Both the position numbers and the translations under genes were made by a program. This document shows, piece after piece, positions 12,528-25,300 of a stretch of 64,000 nt of DNA (position 1 is the first letter of the stretch; the number at the start of each line of letters is the position of its first letter). The notes under the pieces are model-generated. The model saw only the letters and a list, made by a program, of their open reading frames with translations, was not told the DNA's origin and ran no database searches. The DNA comes from Enoplolaimus lenunculus (lineage: Eukaryota). The stretch lies in assembly GCA_030248215.1 (NCBI GenBank), contig JASANG010002365.1, positions 248,001-312,000 of the forward strand, given 5' to 3'.

Positions 12528-12723
12528 CAGGTGCAACCGAAATTCCGGCTTTGATAGGGAATTCCGGTATTTTTCATATCCGGTTCATTATATTACATTA
12601 TTTCATAAGCCTTTTGTAAGTAATCGACCGTTACTAAAGCTTAAATATTTCTTACAATTTTTACTGTAAACAGGTATTTTTTACTTTCCGGTTCCGGTGT
12701 TTTGTGATTCCGGTTGCACCCTG
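12528..12723. mobile_element. hAT-like MITE (GGAACC family), short copy
   Basis: CAGGTGCAACCG..CCGGTTGCACCCTG; degenerate TSD GCCGTTTA/GTCGTTTG. Confidence 0.7.
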
Positions 12724-13267
12724 GTCGTTTGTCACTTTTGTATTTGTTTTATATTCCCGTTGTAATGTTGTGATGCTGTCTGTATTATTGTATATACGTA
12801 GTGAATAACAGGCTTGGGTTTGCCTACAGCCATTTTTAATACTGCCAGGTCAGACGAAAGGTCAACTGTCGTACCAAATTTGATTTAAAATATATAGCGC
12901 CCTGGTTATTTCTCCACATCGATTGAATTCGCAGCGTAGCTTAGGAATAAACCCAATTCTGATATTCACGTTTGTGTTGTATGGAATAAAGAGTGGTTTG
13001 TAGTTCAATCAAACGAGACGTGAAGAATGAAATGTAATATTAATCCATGCAACATTCATAGCTTCCTGCCTCTAAGATTGAAAGTGTTTCATCCCTGCTT
13101 CATTCACCATGTTATCAACTGAAATAAACTGAACTGGTCACACCCGATAAAACGTTAGGTATAGCGCTCATCCAAAACTGACAATGAAAACTTTAATTTT
13201 TTATAAAAGATAAGAATCGTACGACCTTCAAAACAGATGCATGTAAGTGTGCTTTGGCCGATTTTTG

Positions 13268-13758
13268 TGTCGGACCCACGTGACCGTACACTCGACCTGC
13301 ACAAAGAATGTCCGAGAGTTCTGCTAAAGACTAAAGACGTCTTTTAACAGTCAGCTAGCTAATGCTTTTAGTCCGTAACCATCTTTAGCTAGCTACGGAC
13401 AAAATACAGTTTCTTTGAAACTGTGTCCGGAAACCAAAAAAATAACTGTTGGACATCACATCTTAAAAATATAAAGATTAATTTGCTTAGTTTAACTGGG
13501 AGACAACTAGAAGATAAATTCTTATTTTGTTTTGGTCTAGTAAAACAGAAAGAAAAGAACTAAACCAAAAACAACTTCTGTTTGTGCAAACTATGCGCAA
13601 ACATTTCACCAGAAACTCCGAACCATGTGCGGACATAGGAGCTAGCTAGTGTAATTGTCCGGACATAGTTTCTGCAATACTGTTTTGTGACCGTATACAA
13701 GTGAAATTATGCGGGCATATTTTGTGCAAGTCAAACGAATGGTAACGTGTGACCGACA
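13268..13758. mobile_element. Old foldback/MITE-like element
   Basis: Imperfect terminal inverted repeats TGTCGGACCCACGTGACCG..TGCACAAA / TTTGTGCA..CGTGTGACCGACA, with internal inverted motifs. Confidence 0.45.
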
Positions 13759-14123
13759 TTACATCATCACGACTGCTGCATTGGCACATCAAATATAGCA
13801 ACAGTTCATACAGAACCGCCACGAAACAGTATCCATAGATATATTACTGACCTCAGGTCAGATTTAAGAATACAGTACCAAACGGAACATGCAATAAAAT
13901 ACCGTTGTTCATATTTTCAATAGCTCAACTACGAGGACAGTGAAGAAATAGCATCCGCGATCTGAAAGTTTTCTGGTTTTCCCAAGTGCTGTTAATGTTG
14001 GCAAAAATTCAGTCTGCTTCATTGACAGGGATTCGCTATAAGTTGCCGTATCAAAATCTAACAATTATTTACACCAGTGTTTGTCAGAACTTAAGAATCT
14101 TATTAGATGTATAACGTTACGCC

Positions 14124-14493
14124 CAGCGATGGGAGTCTCAGTATCGGCAAGTCTCGGTATTTGGAAAGTCTCGGTCTCGCTTTTTTGAGTCTCGGTGGTC
14201 TGGTCGCAGCAAATATATGACAGTATTGTTTATGTGACGGCTGATGGATAAAATTTTTTCTGTGAAATTATGAAATTTCATAGTTACGCAATAATTACGA
14301 GCAGATATCAAAAAAAGCTATGAAAAACACAAACGATAAATAACACAACAAACTACGAAAAAGCATTAGAAATAATTTATTTGAAACTAATTATTTTTGG
14401 TGATGATCAAAAATTGACCGAGACCGAGAGTTTTTTGGCCGGTCTCAGTAGTCAGGTGTCGTTCTCGGCTTTAACCAAGATCGCCCATCCCTG
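14124..14493. mobile_element. hAT-like MITE (GTCTCG/CGAGAC repeats)
   Basis: CAGCGATGGG..CCCATCCCTG termini; degenerate 8-bp TSD GTTACGCC/GTTATGGC. Confidence 0.6.
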
Positions 14494-14546
14494 GTTATGG
14501 CACAGATATTTGATAGCACGCTTCTAACATAATTAATTATATATAC

Positions 14547-15452
14547 TTTAATCACAGTTGAGGAACACTATATACTCATTGAGACCAATCAGAAACACAC
14601 TAATATTGACTAGAAAACGAGATGCAGTAAGTTTACGCTCGTAAGAAGACTCGTATATAACAGATCAGGACAAAGCAGCGTAGTTAGCAATTACAATAAG
14701 TATCTCCAGAGGCTCTGAAAAAGAGAAAAATAATTAGACTACACACAAAATTCTTAAATTGGGTCGAAATGGACATTCGCTTAATGTTCAGCACAAGCAT
14801 GCGAACCAAACGGATAGTTATATGCTGTCTGGGCTGAGAAATTTTAAAACATAACTGAATACGTGCTAACACGATTTTCTAATGAAAAACAAGATTTGCA
14901 TATATGTGAGTCGAAAGTAAAAATAGCATCGGAACAGCCCCTTTTCGATTTTCGTAAAACTTGTTAACGTGCCAAATATTACTGATTGAATAGAGGACTT
15001 TTAATCACAGTTGAGGAACACTATATACTCATTGAGACCAATCAGAAACACACTAATATTGACTAGAAAACGAGATGCAGTAAGTTTACGCTCGTAAGAA
15101 GACTCGTATATAACAGATCAGGACAAAGCAGCGTAGTTAGCAATTACAATAAGTATCTCCAGAGGCTCTGAAAAAGAGAAAAATAATTAGACTACACACA
15201 AAATTCTTAAATCGGGTCGAAATGGACATTCGCTTAATGTTCAGCACAAGCATGCGAACCAAACGGATAGTTATATGCTGTCTGGGCTGAGAAATTTTAA
15301 AACATAACTGAATACGTGCTAACACGATTTTCTAATGAAAAACAAGATTTGCATATATGTGAGTCGAAAGTAAAAATAGCATCGGAACAGCCCCTTTTCG
15401 ATTTTCGTAAAACTTGTTAACGTGCCAAATATTACTGATTGAATAGAGGACT
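14547..15452. repeat. Near-perfect 453-bp tandem duplication
   Basis: 14547-14999 repeated at 15000-15452; I see one substitution (14760 T vs 15213 C). Confidence 0.95.
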
Positions 15453-15898
15453 TAAATTATTGTACGAAAAGAATTTATATGAAATTATTCTATTTTGGAT
15501 ACAACGCGCTCCTGCTGCTAGGTAAAAATAAGATTTTTGATACTTTTCAGATATTGACCAAATTTAAACATTTTGTAACAAAAGTGCACTTATATGCGCG
15601 GAACCTGACATGACCTACGATTAATTCTAATTGCACTGTTACATATCTACATGTAGTTAAGTAAATGAAACGCACGTTTTCGTTCAATCTCGTTCGAGAA
15701 CCAGTTATGGCTAGCTACTATCCGGCAAGTCATTGCCTACCCTTGAGGTTCTATATATTGCATTAACACATGTACGTAGATAACACATTACTAACATACT
15801 TGAGTAGCTTGGTACTTTGTATTACATAAATTAACAATCATTGGACGTTCACCGGACAGACGAGTTACGTATGTATAATACGAATGACAATCTTATAA

Positions 15899-16321
15899 TC
15901 ATGACTTTGAACTGTTGCCAAATTTAGCCGTTAATTCCATTTTAATAAATGTCTTTAAACAAGGATCCGATAATTTAGCGTCAATTTCGCGCATAGCTTC
16001 CTGTAGCCCACGTTGTTGGTACTGTTTCATCAAGCGTTCAGTGTAACCAATCCAAACACAGTTCGCACATCCTGACATGCAACAATTGTCCGGTGGTTCT
16101 TCCACATGACAAGTAACTGTGGTTTCCTTTTCAAAATTAGTCTGTAAGTCCTGTTTATTTACAAACGAATTCGTTGTTTCTTTATCAGTTTCCGAGTGTT
16201 TAGTTCTTGTCATTGCAAAATTCGGACTTTCTGACAGTTTGCTTCGTATTACGGACAGTCTCAAACGCCGAAATACACCCAGGAAGGCTTTCTCTGAACC
16301 GCCCAGCAAGCGAAATTCCAT
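15899..16321 (-). CDS. OXLD1: Oxidoreductase-like domain-containing protein 1 homolog, probably mitochondrial
   Basis: 140-aa ORF with the Oxidored-like motif EEPPDNCCMSGCANCVWIGY and C-terminal DPCLKTFIKMEL; Arg/Ser/Leu-rich N-terminus resembles a mitochondrial presequence. Confidence 0.88.
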   Translation of the reverse strand: MEFRLLGGSEKAFLGVFRRLRLSVIRSKLSESPNFAMTRTKHSETDKETTNSFVNKQDLQTNFEKETTVTCHVEEPPDNCCMSGCANCVWIGYTERLMKQYQQRGLQEAMREIDAKLSDPCLKTFIKMELTAKFGNSSKS

Positions 16322-17570
16322 TAGAATAACGGCAACCCAAAATAGTACCAGAAGTACAAAACATTACGCTCAAACTATAAACTATAAATACCTCACTCTT
16401 AGTTAAATCATTCTGTAAATAAATATACAACACTCGATATTCACACGAATTGCACGTGATCACCACGTTTACTAAGCATTTAGAACGAAGCTCAATTCAT
16501 TACAATACACTTTGCTTTATTGCGTTAAAAAGGACACTAGCTAAGGGATTTTCAGTTAATAATTACACTTGATTAATAACTTAATAATTAATGCACATAA
16601 AGATTACAACACGTCAGTAATCCCTGGATGTAATGAAAAGTTGTGGTTGCTTGTAGTGGTCAATAACCTCATACACACATTGCTTTATAGTAATATTTCG
16701 GTGTAGGTGAACCCCGTATAGCACACCACAAATCTCCGTGGGTTGCTTTTAGGTCTGTAACTTAAGATTAGTAATTTCGAGCGTAAAAACGTTTTTCCTG
16801 CATCACGTATTCAGTTGACACTAAAAGTTACTTACCTGTATACTCTATGCGCGATATGGTTAATATGGGTCATCCACGCAAAGTGCGCACACTAGTGTAA
16901 AAATTGTCCAGGTGTGCGTAAAAGGACCTTTGTCATTTTCAAGAACTCTGTAGGAAGGACGAACTAGTCTCTTTGCAACATCTTTCATCGAGCACACAAT
17001 TGGTAAAAGTGAATCCAGCAACAGTGCACAGCGCACAATCTTTAACAGTGAATACGCATATGCGCAGTTCAAATTTCCCACATGACACTACGTTTTTCAT
17101 AATAAAATGATCAAAGTTTTAGGTTCTACTTTTACCACCGTCCCACTGTTTTGTTCAACTTTAAACCAGTGTAATGTAGATTTCTGTCAGCTTTGTCTTA
17201 GCTAGGATTGGCCCTAGGCTTTAGGCTTCGATTGACACTTATTTTACTGTTAACGATAGGATTAGGCCTTGGAATATGCTTATAATAGAGAGTTACGTCC
17301 TATAAAAGTATCAATTTCTAGCTTGCGAGAAATTTGACGGAAGGTCGAGCTTACCATAAAAGTATTAGTTGCTGGATGCGAAGACGAACTTGTGCGGTTG
17401 TGCACTGGTGTGGTGTATGGGGTCGGTCAAAAACGCAACACCCGGTGGTACATTTTGTTCTAGACGAAACCTCGAATAAAAAGGCCAAAAATATGCTTGC
17501 AAGCATGTAAGACATGCTTGTCCTGGTGCATATGCAATATATGCAATGCATATCGTGTACTATGGTTGCA

Positions 17571-17760
17571 GGCAGCTGACGGTCGATAAATATAGTCGAC
17601 GCTAAAAGTAGTTGGACAGCCGGGCTACTTGGCGGCGCAATGGTAACGCTTCATTCGGAATCTGTGGATCGCTAGTTTGAAACCAGCCGTAATTCGCTTT
17701 TCCAGTTGCTTTATGAGGTCTGGAGCCCCGGTTCCTATCCAAACTCACAATGCCTATTAA
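17571..17760 (+). mobile_element. tRNA-derived repeat copy including the upstream GTCGAC segment
   Basis: GGCAGCTGACGGTCGATAAATATAGTCGACG..GTAGTTGGACAG..CGCTTTTCCAG..CCGGTTCCTA matches the reverse complement of 2800-2982. Confidence 0.7.
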
Positions 17761-19271
17761 GGGTATTGTTTATTCATTATTGCGTAGAAGAACGCGACAA
17801 AAAAGCAACCGTTGATCTATGAGAACGTCAAAATTTGACTCACTATTTATAATTTACCATTTTCTTTGCTGCGGGTGCAGAATGTCGGCGCGGCATAATT
17901 TTGAGGTATATTTAACAGAAATTTTTTTTTGAAAATTTAAAAGTAAACAGTTGTCACATCGTTTACCACCTAAAACCAAGAGGTGCTCTCAGTTTTGTAT
18001 GGCATATGAAAAAACAATTTTTCGATTCATTTACAATCAGGCACACTTTTGTGCACCCGAAATCGTCGCCGTCGTTGTTGTTGAATTTTTGAATACGCAG
18101 CAATTCTGAGAGGTATACATTGTTATTTTTTCATTTTACAATGACGCAAAACTATTATACTTTAATACAGTTGCAACTATTTTTGTATGAGAACAATTAA
18201 GGATCGGCCCTGTGTTTATTAATGATACTTTGGTTATAATAAACTGGCTATTAAATGTGCTCGTATCTGTGCTGGTTTTAAGAAGTTTTTGTAAATTTTG
18301 GAATTTAAAAGATATATCAAAATGAAACCATTAAATTTCATCAAAATGGTCGTTGTCGCAACGGACCGACACCTTTATTGGTTGTGATTTAATTTTTTTA
18401 CGGATGGAACGTTTGTCGGTGTGCCCACAGCAAATACGCAATAATTCAGCAATTACATTGCGATTGTGGGAGTGTGCCATTATGTATGGTAATCATGCAT
18501 ATGTACTATGCAGTGAGAAATGGAAATGTGCCAGATTCTGGCAAAAATTTTGACCAATCAGGTTTAAACTGAAGGAGTACTAATGTGAAGTACAAGGTTA
18601 CCGTTGTTGTTGTTTTGATTAGCCACTGTGACAATTGATATTAATTGCTAGCGATATTGGCGATGTGGCTGAATGATTGCCATGGATTCAAAATGTACAT
18701 AAACGAGACGAAATGTCGCATATTTCCGCAAAATCAAACCTGCCAGTTCATATACTGTAGTGACCCAAATATGAGGGGGGCATTGATATTTAATATTTCG
18801 CTTCTCCAAAGGGTACTCCACCTTGTTATTTGGGGTTTTTGCGTGAACCAGTAATCATACGCTTGGACAGTTTAGTATTAACGATTTTGACAAGTGGGAA
18901 CCAACTGAATTTACTGTATCAGGTTTAAGTTTTTCACAAACGTTATTCTAAAACAAATGAAAATGTTAAAAGTAAAAAAAGTGTTTTTATTTTTGACATT
19001 TTTCGTAACTTTTAGAGACAATTGAAAATCTTTGTATTCCTGTTCTCATAAACGCTGCTTTACAGGGCCGTACAATTAATCATTCAAAACGAAAGATAAT
19101 TCTTACACCGGCTGTCAACTTGGGTGACACAATCGCATATTTGATTGTGTTCCTTTAAAAGGAGCGGTTCCTTCGAAGGCACCAAAATTGTTCATAAGTT
19201 TAATATTTTAGCGGCTGCGTTAAAATTGGCACAAATCTTGTAATTTCAATATTTTGAAACGATTCAGGCAT

Positions 19272-19735
19272 CACTGTAAATTGCAATGAGTTGCTTACTC
19301 TCAGAATGAGTTGAAACCACTCAGAAGCCGGAACTCTAGAGTTAAAAAGCATCAGAACACTGAATTCTGGATAGATTGAACGCATTCTGAGTTAATTAAT
19401 CAACTCACCTAATATTATTAACTCAGCTCAGAGCGAGTTTATGTTTCGTGTTAATAACTCAAAAATAACCAAAAATGACTAATTTCTCTCCCTGAGTTGA
19501 TTGATCAACTAGCCAATGTTACTTTAAGGGGCGTAATAGTAGATTAAGCGTATTTCTAAGCCTAGGCCTAAGCCTAAGCGTTGCAAAAACGAGTTCCTGA
19601 GCGTAAAGCATAAGCCTAAGCCTAAAGCAAAAAAATATGTAATCTAGAACCTAGTCCTACTATTACACCCACCCGATTGCCGGACGCCCCTTAAAGTGTC
19701 ATGGGCCGATCAACTCATCAGAATTGTCGACAGTG
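19272..19735. mobile_element. CMC/EnSpm-like MITE (CACTGTAAA ends, GAGTT/AACTC repeats) with a nested TTAGGC MITE
   Basis: CACTG..CAGTG termini; homologous to 23247-23494 and 26006-26263. Confidence 0.65.
19511..19707. mobile_element. TTAGGC-bearing MITE with GGCC termini and 8-bp TSD
   Basis: Perfect TSD GATCAACT; TIRs AGCCAATGTTACTTTAAGGGGCGT/ACGCCCCTTAAAGTGTCATGGGCC; internal GCCTAA repeats. Confidence 0.85.
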
Positions 19736-21517
19736 TATATACCTACCTATAACACCGAAAGCATCATGAGTAAAATTAGTTCTCAGTTGAGGCAACAGAA
19801 AATTTGTATAAGTACCTTTCATTTTGCTCAACCGCTGGTTGCCGTAAACACAAGAAGTAAAAAAGCCTGACATAACAAACCAAACAGGTAAAAACTTAAG
19901 TTAGTCAAAACCCATGACACTAGCCGAATCTCGTGCCAGATGGGAGAGGGCGTGAGAACAACTATTAATACGAAAGGATTGATACTGATATTTATTTGGC
20001 CTGTACAGAGGGTATCAACACTTGAGCGATATAATGCAAGGTATTTTTAGAAATGTACTTTCAAACCTTAAAATACGCTTTAAAGTTTCGTACTAAACTT
20101 TATTTGGTTCTGGAGTCATTTTTATGCAATATATTTCAAAACATAATCCTATACAAATACAATACAAAAAACTTGGGAACAAAGCGAGCGAGAAGCTAAA
20201 CGCTATTTTAGTCCTAATCATTGATACAAAATGTTTGTTGGTATCTCTATCGGTCGCAAACAAGGCCGTGGAAACACACATTTTGGAAGCCTCACAGTGA
20301 ACAACTGTTTAAATTGTAAGAAGATGTGGCTAAAAATTGCTGCCTGTTGTTCTTATCCTTTGCGTATACCCTGCAGTTAAAACATTTTTTAATTATTAAT
20401 TGCAATCTATTATCGCATTATGTAGGCGATGATGGTGCCGAGTGTTGTTGCAACGGTATTTCTTTATTTTTTGCTTATGATACACAACTGAAAAATTCGC
20501 TGTAAAGCTGTCCCAGTTTAAAAATTGCAAGATAGCGATTCTTGTTAGGTATATTAAATTATTTTCACTAAGGAAAACTATGAATTAGAAATTGGTCTTT
20601 GCTATAGGATTAGTCGTCAAAACACTGTGTTGTTATAGTTTCACAGACCTGACGTTGCAACGAATCCGGATATAGTCTACTTGTGGCGCTATACTTGTAG
20701 ACTATAGTATTGCAGTCCGGTGCCGTCCGGTGTGGCTCGTCATCGTTCGACCTCGTCCGGTGTCACGAAAAATTTTGGCACCCAATCAAAATATGCCCCC
20801 CTTCAGCCAAATTTTTATATAAAACTTTTAATCCTTTCTCACATGAATATTTTCGATTCGCCCCGTTGGAACTTTTAACTGCAAAATTGCAATTTTTTTA
20901 CACCTTTAGTATGAAATTTTAATATTCGGTCAAAAAATTTGCCACAGCAAAGTTCCACCAAAGAAGGAAAAAATTTCGATGTTGCAGCCCCAGCAAAGAT
21001 TTCGGCTTCTGTTTTCCAGATACCAAGAATTTAGAGATAGTCAAATATTCCGAATATTTTGCTGAAAATACGCGTGAAGTTTTTGCTTGAAGGTTTAGAC
21101 ACAATTTTGGTCATTTCATTTTATTATTAATATATGGTTTCTAAATGTGTTGATGAATAGTTTGGCCCATTTGAAGATCAGTGCCTTTCTTACGTTTAGG
21201 CTTGAGAATATGCTTATTTTAGCCAAATGTGGACTTGGCAGTAGGATGCAGCGTTAAACAGGCCCTTTTATTTTGGCGAGCCATGCTTCCCGAGTCAGGT
21301 TGAGAAAGGGTTGGTACTAAACGCCGTAATAATACTAACGGCGCATTTGAATAACTTTTATTCGACAAGTCTGACAATGAATACACAACTGTTAAACCTC
21401 CACTGGTCGTTGAGCAGATTTATCTCACAATAAAAGTTTAAATTGTCTGGATGAGGGGAGGCAAATTTATATAAAGAGGGGCACTTTTTCATCTATTAAG
21501 TTTTCTGTAAAAATTTG

Positions 21518-21684
21518 GGCCAGTGTTAATACTTTTAGGGGCGTAACAGTAGATTAAGCGTATTCCTAAGCCTAAAGCCGAAGTCTCAGCCTAAACCGAA
21601 GCAAAAAATATTTAATCTAGAATCTAAACCTACTCTTTTATAGACCCAACAGAAACCTGAACGCCCCTTAAAGTAACATGGGCC
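21518..21684. mobile_element. TTAGGC-bearing MITE with GGCC termini and 8-bp TSD
   Basis: Perfect TSD AAAATTTG; GGCCAGTGT..ACATGGGCC. Confidence 0.85.
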
Positions 21685-22371
21685 AAAATTTGCCCGGGGG
21701 GGCACATTTTTAAACGAAAATTTGCCCGGGAGCACATTTTCATGGGGAGATTTTGGTGCATGACGCCGACACCGTACTGCAACGCGCGTTATTTATCGTA
21801 TGGCACTACTGCATGTCAATTTTTCAACAAAGTTTTACTTACGGGAAGGCATAACGCCGTACGACAAGTGTTGCGTCAACCCGTAAAGTATATATTTTTG
21901 CTTAGGTACTAAAGTGACCATGTGTTACTTTAGTTCTGTTTGCAATAATCGCACTGTAGATTTGAAGGATTTGCTTTTTGCAAGCGGACGCAAAGCAAAA
22001 CTTTAAAGTCGAGTAAATCATTAAATGTATTCACATCTGCATCCCGGTCCGATTCAACCGTGTTTATAGTAATTTCTCGTTTAAAATTTCAATATGAAAT
22101 TTTTTTACAGAAAAATATCGTTAATATAATGGAAATAATAATTAAAATTAATGTATTACAATTAATAAGTAACTGTAATGTTGCAATTTATAACAACAGT
22201 ACGTCAGAGTTGGTGGCGTCAATTGCCAGCATTCCAACATAATTAATTTGTGCTCGCCAAGATTGGCATTGGTATTTGTAAATTAATAATTTTGAAATAA
22301 AACTGTAATTTTAAACTTTTAAAATATTCGAAATATTAAATAAATTTGGTGTTTTTTTCGCCAGAAAAATC

Positions 22372-25300
22372 ATGGCGTCGTTTATGCTGGCACAGCGACA
22401 TTTAGTCGTTCCAACAACCGCAGGCGACCGTGATTCTGAACTCCGACGCTCCATATCGCGAGAGTTGTCTCAAATTTCATTGGACTCATTGATTAGCAAA
22501 GTTTCTGGTCGACGAGGTGGAGCCAGTGATACTGACCGTAAAAGCTGAATTTGTTTGTTTGCTACATTATTACCTAGTTTTAACCGTTTCTCACATGAAT
22601 ATTTTCGATTTTCTTTTGCGAAATCGAGTTTTAGGCTTTTAAATTTAAATCAGGAAATCTGGCTCGAGAAGCTTTTCATACTAAAACCAGAGTTAGAACC
22701 TACACTTAAAGTCGTTTTCTCTTCTCGCTCTTATTCCCTTTGGTACAACGATCTTACAATGTTAAGACTTTACACAGTTACCTACCTATTTTTTCATCCC
22801 CTTCAAGAAAAAAACACTTTACACATCAACTCCAAAACACATAAATAAAATTTAAAAAATCAAAATTAAGAGATTTGAAAAAAACCAAAAAAAAAATCAA
22901 AAAATTATGTTGTCAGGTTTTACTTTCAAACAAATATGAACGCAGCAAAATGTTAAATTTGACAAATTGTCAAAATCAGCAGGTATATAATATGGCATTT
23001 GTTCCAGAACCGTAAATATCCGGTATCCGGTAGTTTTATACCAGATACCGGAACCGGATACGGATATCGGTTTTTGTCGGATAGGTATGGAACTGGAACC
23101 GAATATCCGGTCGCAATTTGATATATAGTTACAGCTGGTGCAAGATTTACAACGCCAACGTATCAAAATATGTTTTACAGACCGCGGTTTTCTCAGCGAT
23201 TATTGAATAGAAGACAATGAAAGTTTAAAAAGTTAACAGAAACTTACACTGTAAATCCCAGTGAAAAAAACAACTCAGCAAGATAATTAGTTATTTCAGG
23301 TAATTTCTGACTCAATAACAGTAAATATCAATTCACATCTGAGCTGATTTAATTCCGGGTGAATTGATTAATTCACTCACAATGAGTTCAATCAATTCAG
23401 AATTCTGAGTTCTGAAAGACCTAATTCAGCGCTCAGACTTCTGAGTCGATTCAACTCATTCTGAGTTAAAACGAACTCACTTGGATTTACAGTGTAAAGC
23501 TGAAAATATGCGACGTCAAGTTGACATATTTGGCGTGAGCTCCCATTGATACAAATCTACCGAAACATATATACACTTATATTAACAAAATATATTTGTT
23601 CTATGCTGAAAACATGTATAAAATACGCATGTTGGGCGTTCCAGCTTTAATATTTTCTTTTAATATACTTTATCGCGTCTTCGGTAAACACTTTTAGGTT
23701 CATCACTATATCGAAGTGGAAGTCGTGATCGTGGCGGTTCGCAACTATTTGACGGTAGCGAATCATCGGTCGACAGTTTTACTACTAAATCGTTTTGTGG
23801 TAAACTAAAATATATTTACAAACACTACGGTCTCAGTCATTTGCTGCCAGTAATCCTATTGATAATATATTCGCTAATCGGTGGAGCAATGTTTTGGGCA
23901 ATTGAGCATCAAAACGACGTTGAGTTGATTAAAGCTCAAACTGGATTAATTGAAAATTATCGTCGAAGTTTCATTCATGAGTTGATCGATATCGTAGAAG
24001 CGACCGATATGGATACGTCAGCGAAAACGGTTCGCATGGCAACTGCGTTGTTTTTGTTTCAAGAACGCATGAATTGTACACCACCGGACGTACATTGGAC
24101 GTTCGCAACGTCGGTGTTTTATTCTGGAACCCTGTTTACAACAATCGGTATGGAATTGTGCCCTTTATATTGCATATAATTATAGTAACTCACCGAAAAA
24201 CCATGGCTATCTTATGCATTGACATAGTAGCAATTTCTATGCGAAAAAAAGAGCTTTTACTTTCAATTCTCCCAATCTGATTACATTCTATTTTATCTGA
24301 GATAACTTCCAAGATAGCATTTGAACCCCTGATTCTTGGATGGAAGGTGTTCGCGTACACCGTCACCACTTCACACTGCAAAAATGGTGAGTCAAATTGA
24401 CTCTCTCCGAAACAGGCATTTCGGGACTGCACAAACGGATTCAAATTCGACTCCGCCAGAGTCAAACGGGCGACTCAGTGATTCGAACACGACTCTGGTG
24501 GAGTCAAAGTTTGACTCAGTGATTCGAACGTAATTCTGGTGGAGTCAAATTTTGACTCAATTTGTGTAGTCTCGAAAAGCCTATTTCGGAGAGAGTCAAT
24601 TTGACTCACCATTTTTTGCAGTGTAGCTATAGAAGCACTGAAGTCTAAGCCCGAGTGGGCTGTCATGTCTTGTGAAGATTTCGTGTATATATTTGAAGGA
24701 TATAAGTTTGCGTGTTATAACAATGGCAAAACGATATTTTCAACATATGCGATCTTGAGTACTTTTTAGATTCCGACCTACTGGATTTTACATAAATTAT
24801 TGTTACTAACTAAAAATTGCATACTGGTTTTTTGTCCCGGCGGGGTATTTTTTCATATCCGGATATCCGACAATCCTTGACGGTCATATATCTGGATATC
24901 CGTAATTTAATTTTCTATTTCGGATGCCCGAAACTCAATTTTGTGCTTTTTTGGCTTCCGAACCTCAATTTTCGTTTCTTAAGCAATTGTTTTAACTGTT
25001 TGCTCTAAAAGGAATTCCCCACCCACAAAGTGATTATAAGCATAAAACGTACAATTCTAAAATCGTTATTTATTATGCGACTGCCCAAATAGCTCTGGAT
25101 ATTCGGTTTAGAAGATTGCTATTGACTAATAAATACGTGTCTTGGACATTTGAAATTGACTTATTTGGTTTGTGTCCGTCAGATTTAAACCACTGCAACA
25201 GAGATTCTATCGAATGTCACTCTTCCCTCGAACTATATAGTGACCTTACAATTATTTCACAAAAATGTTTCTGACTGGAGTGCCCGCTTTCTTATTAGAC

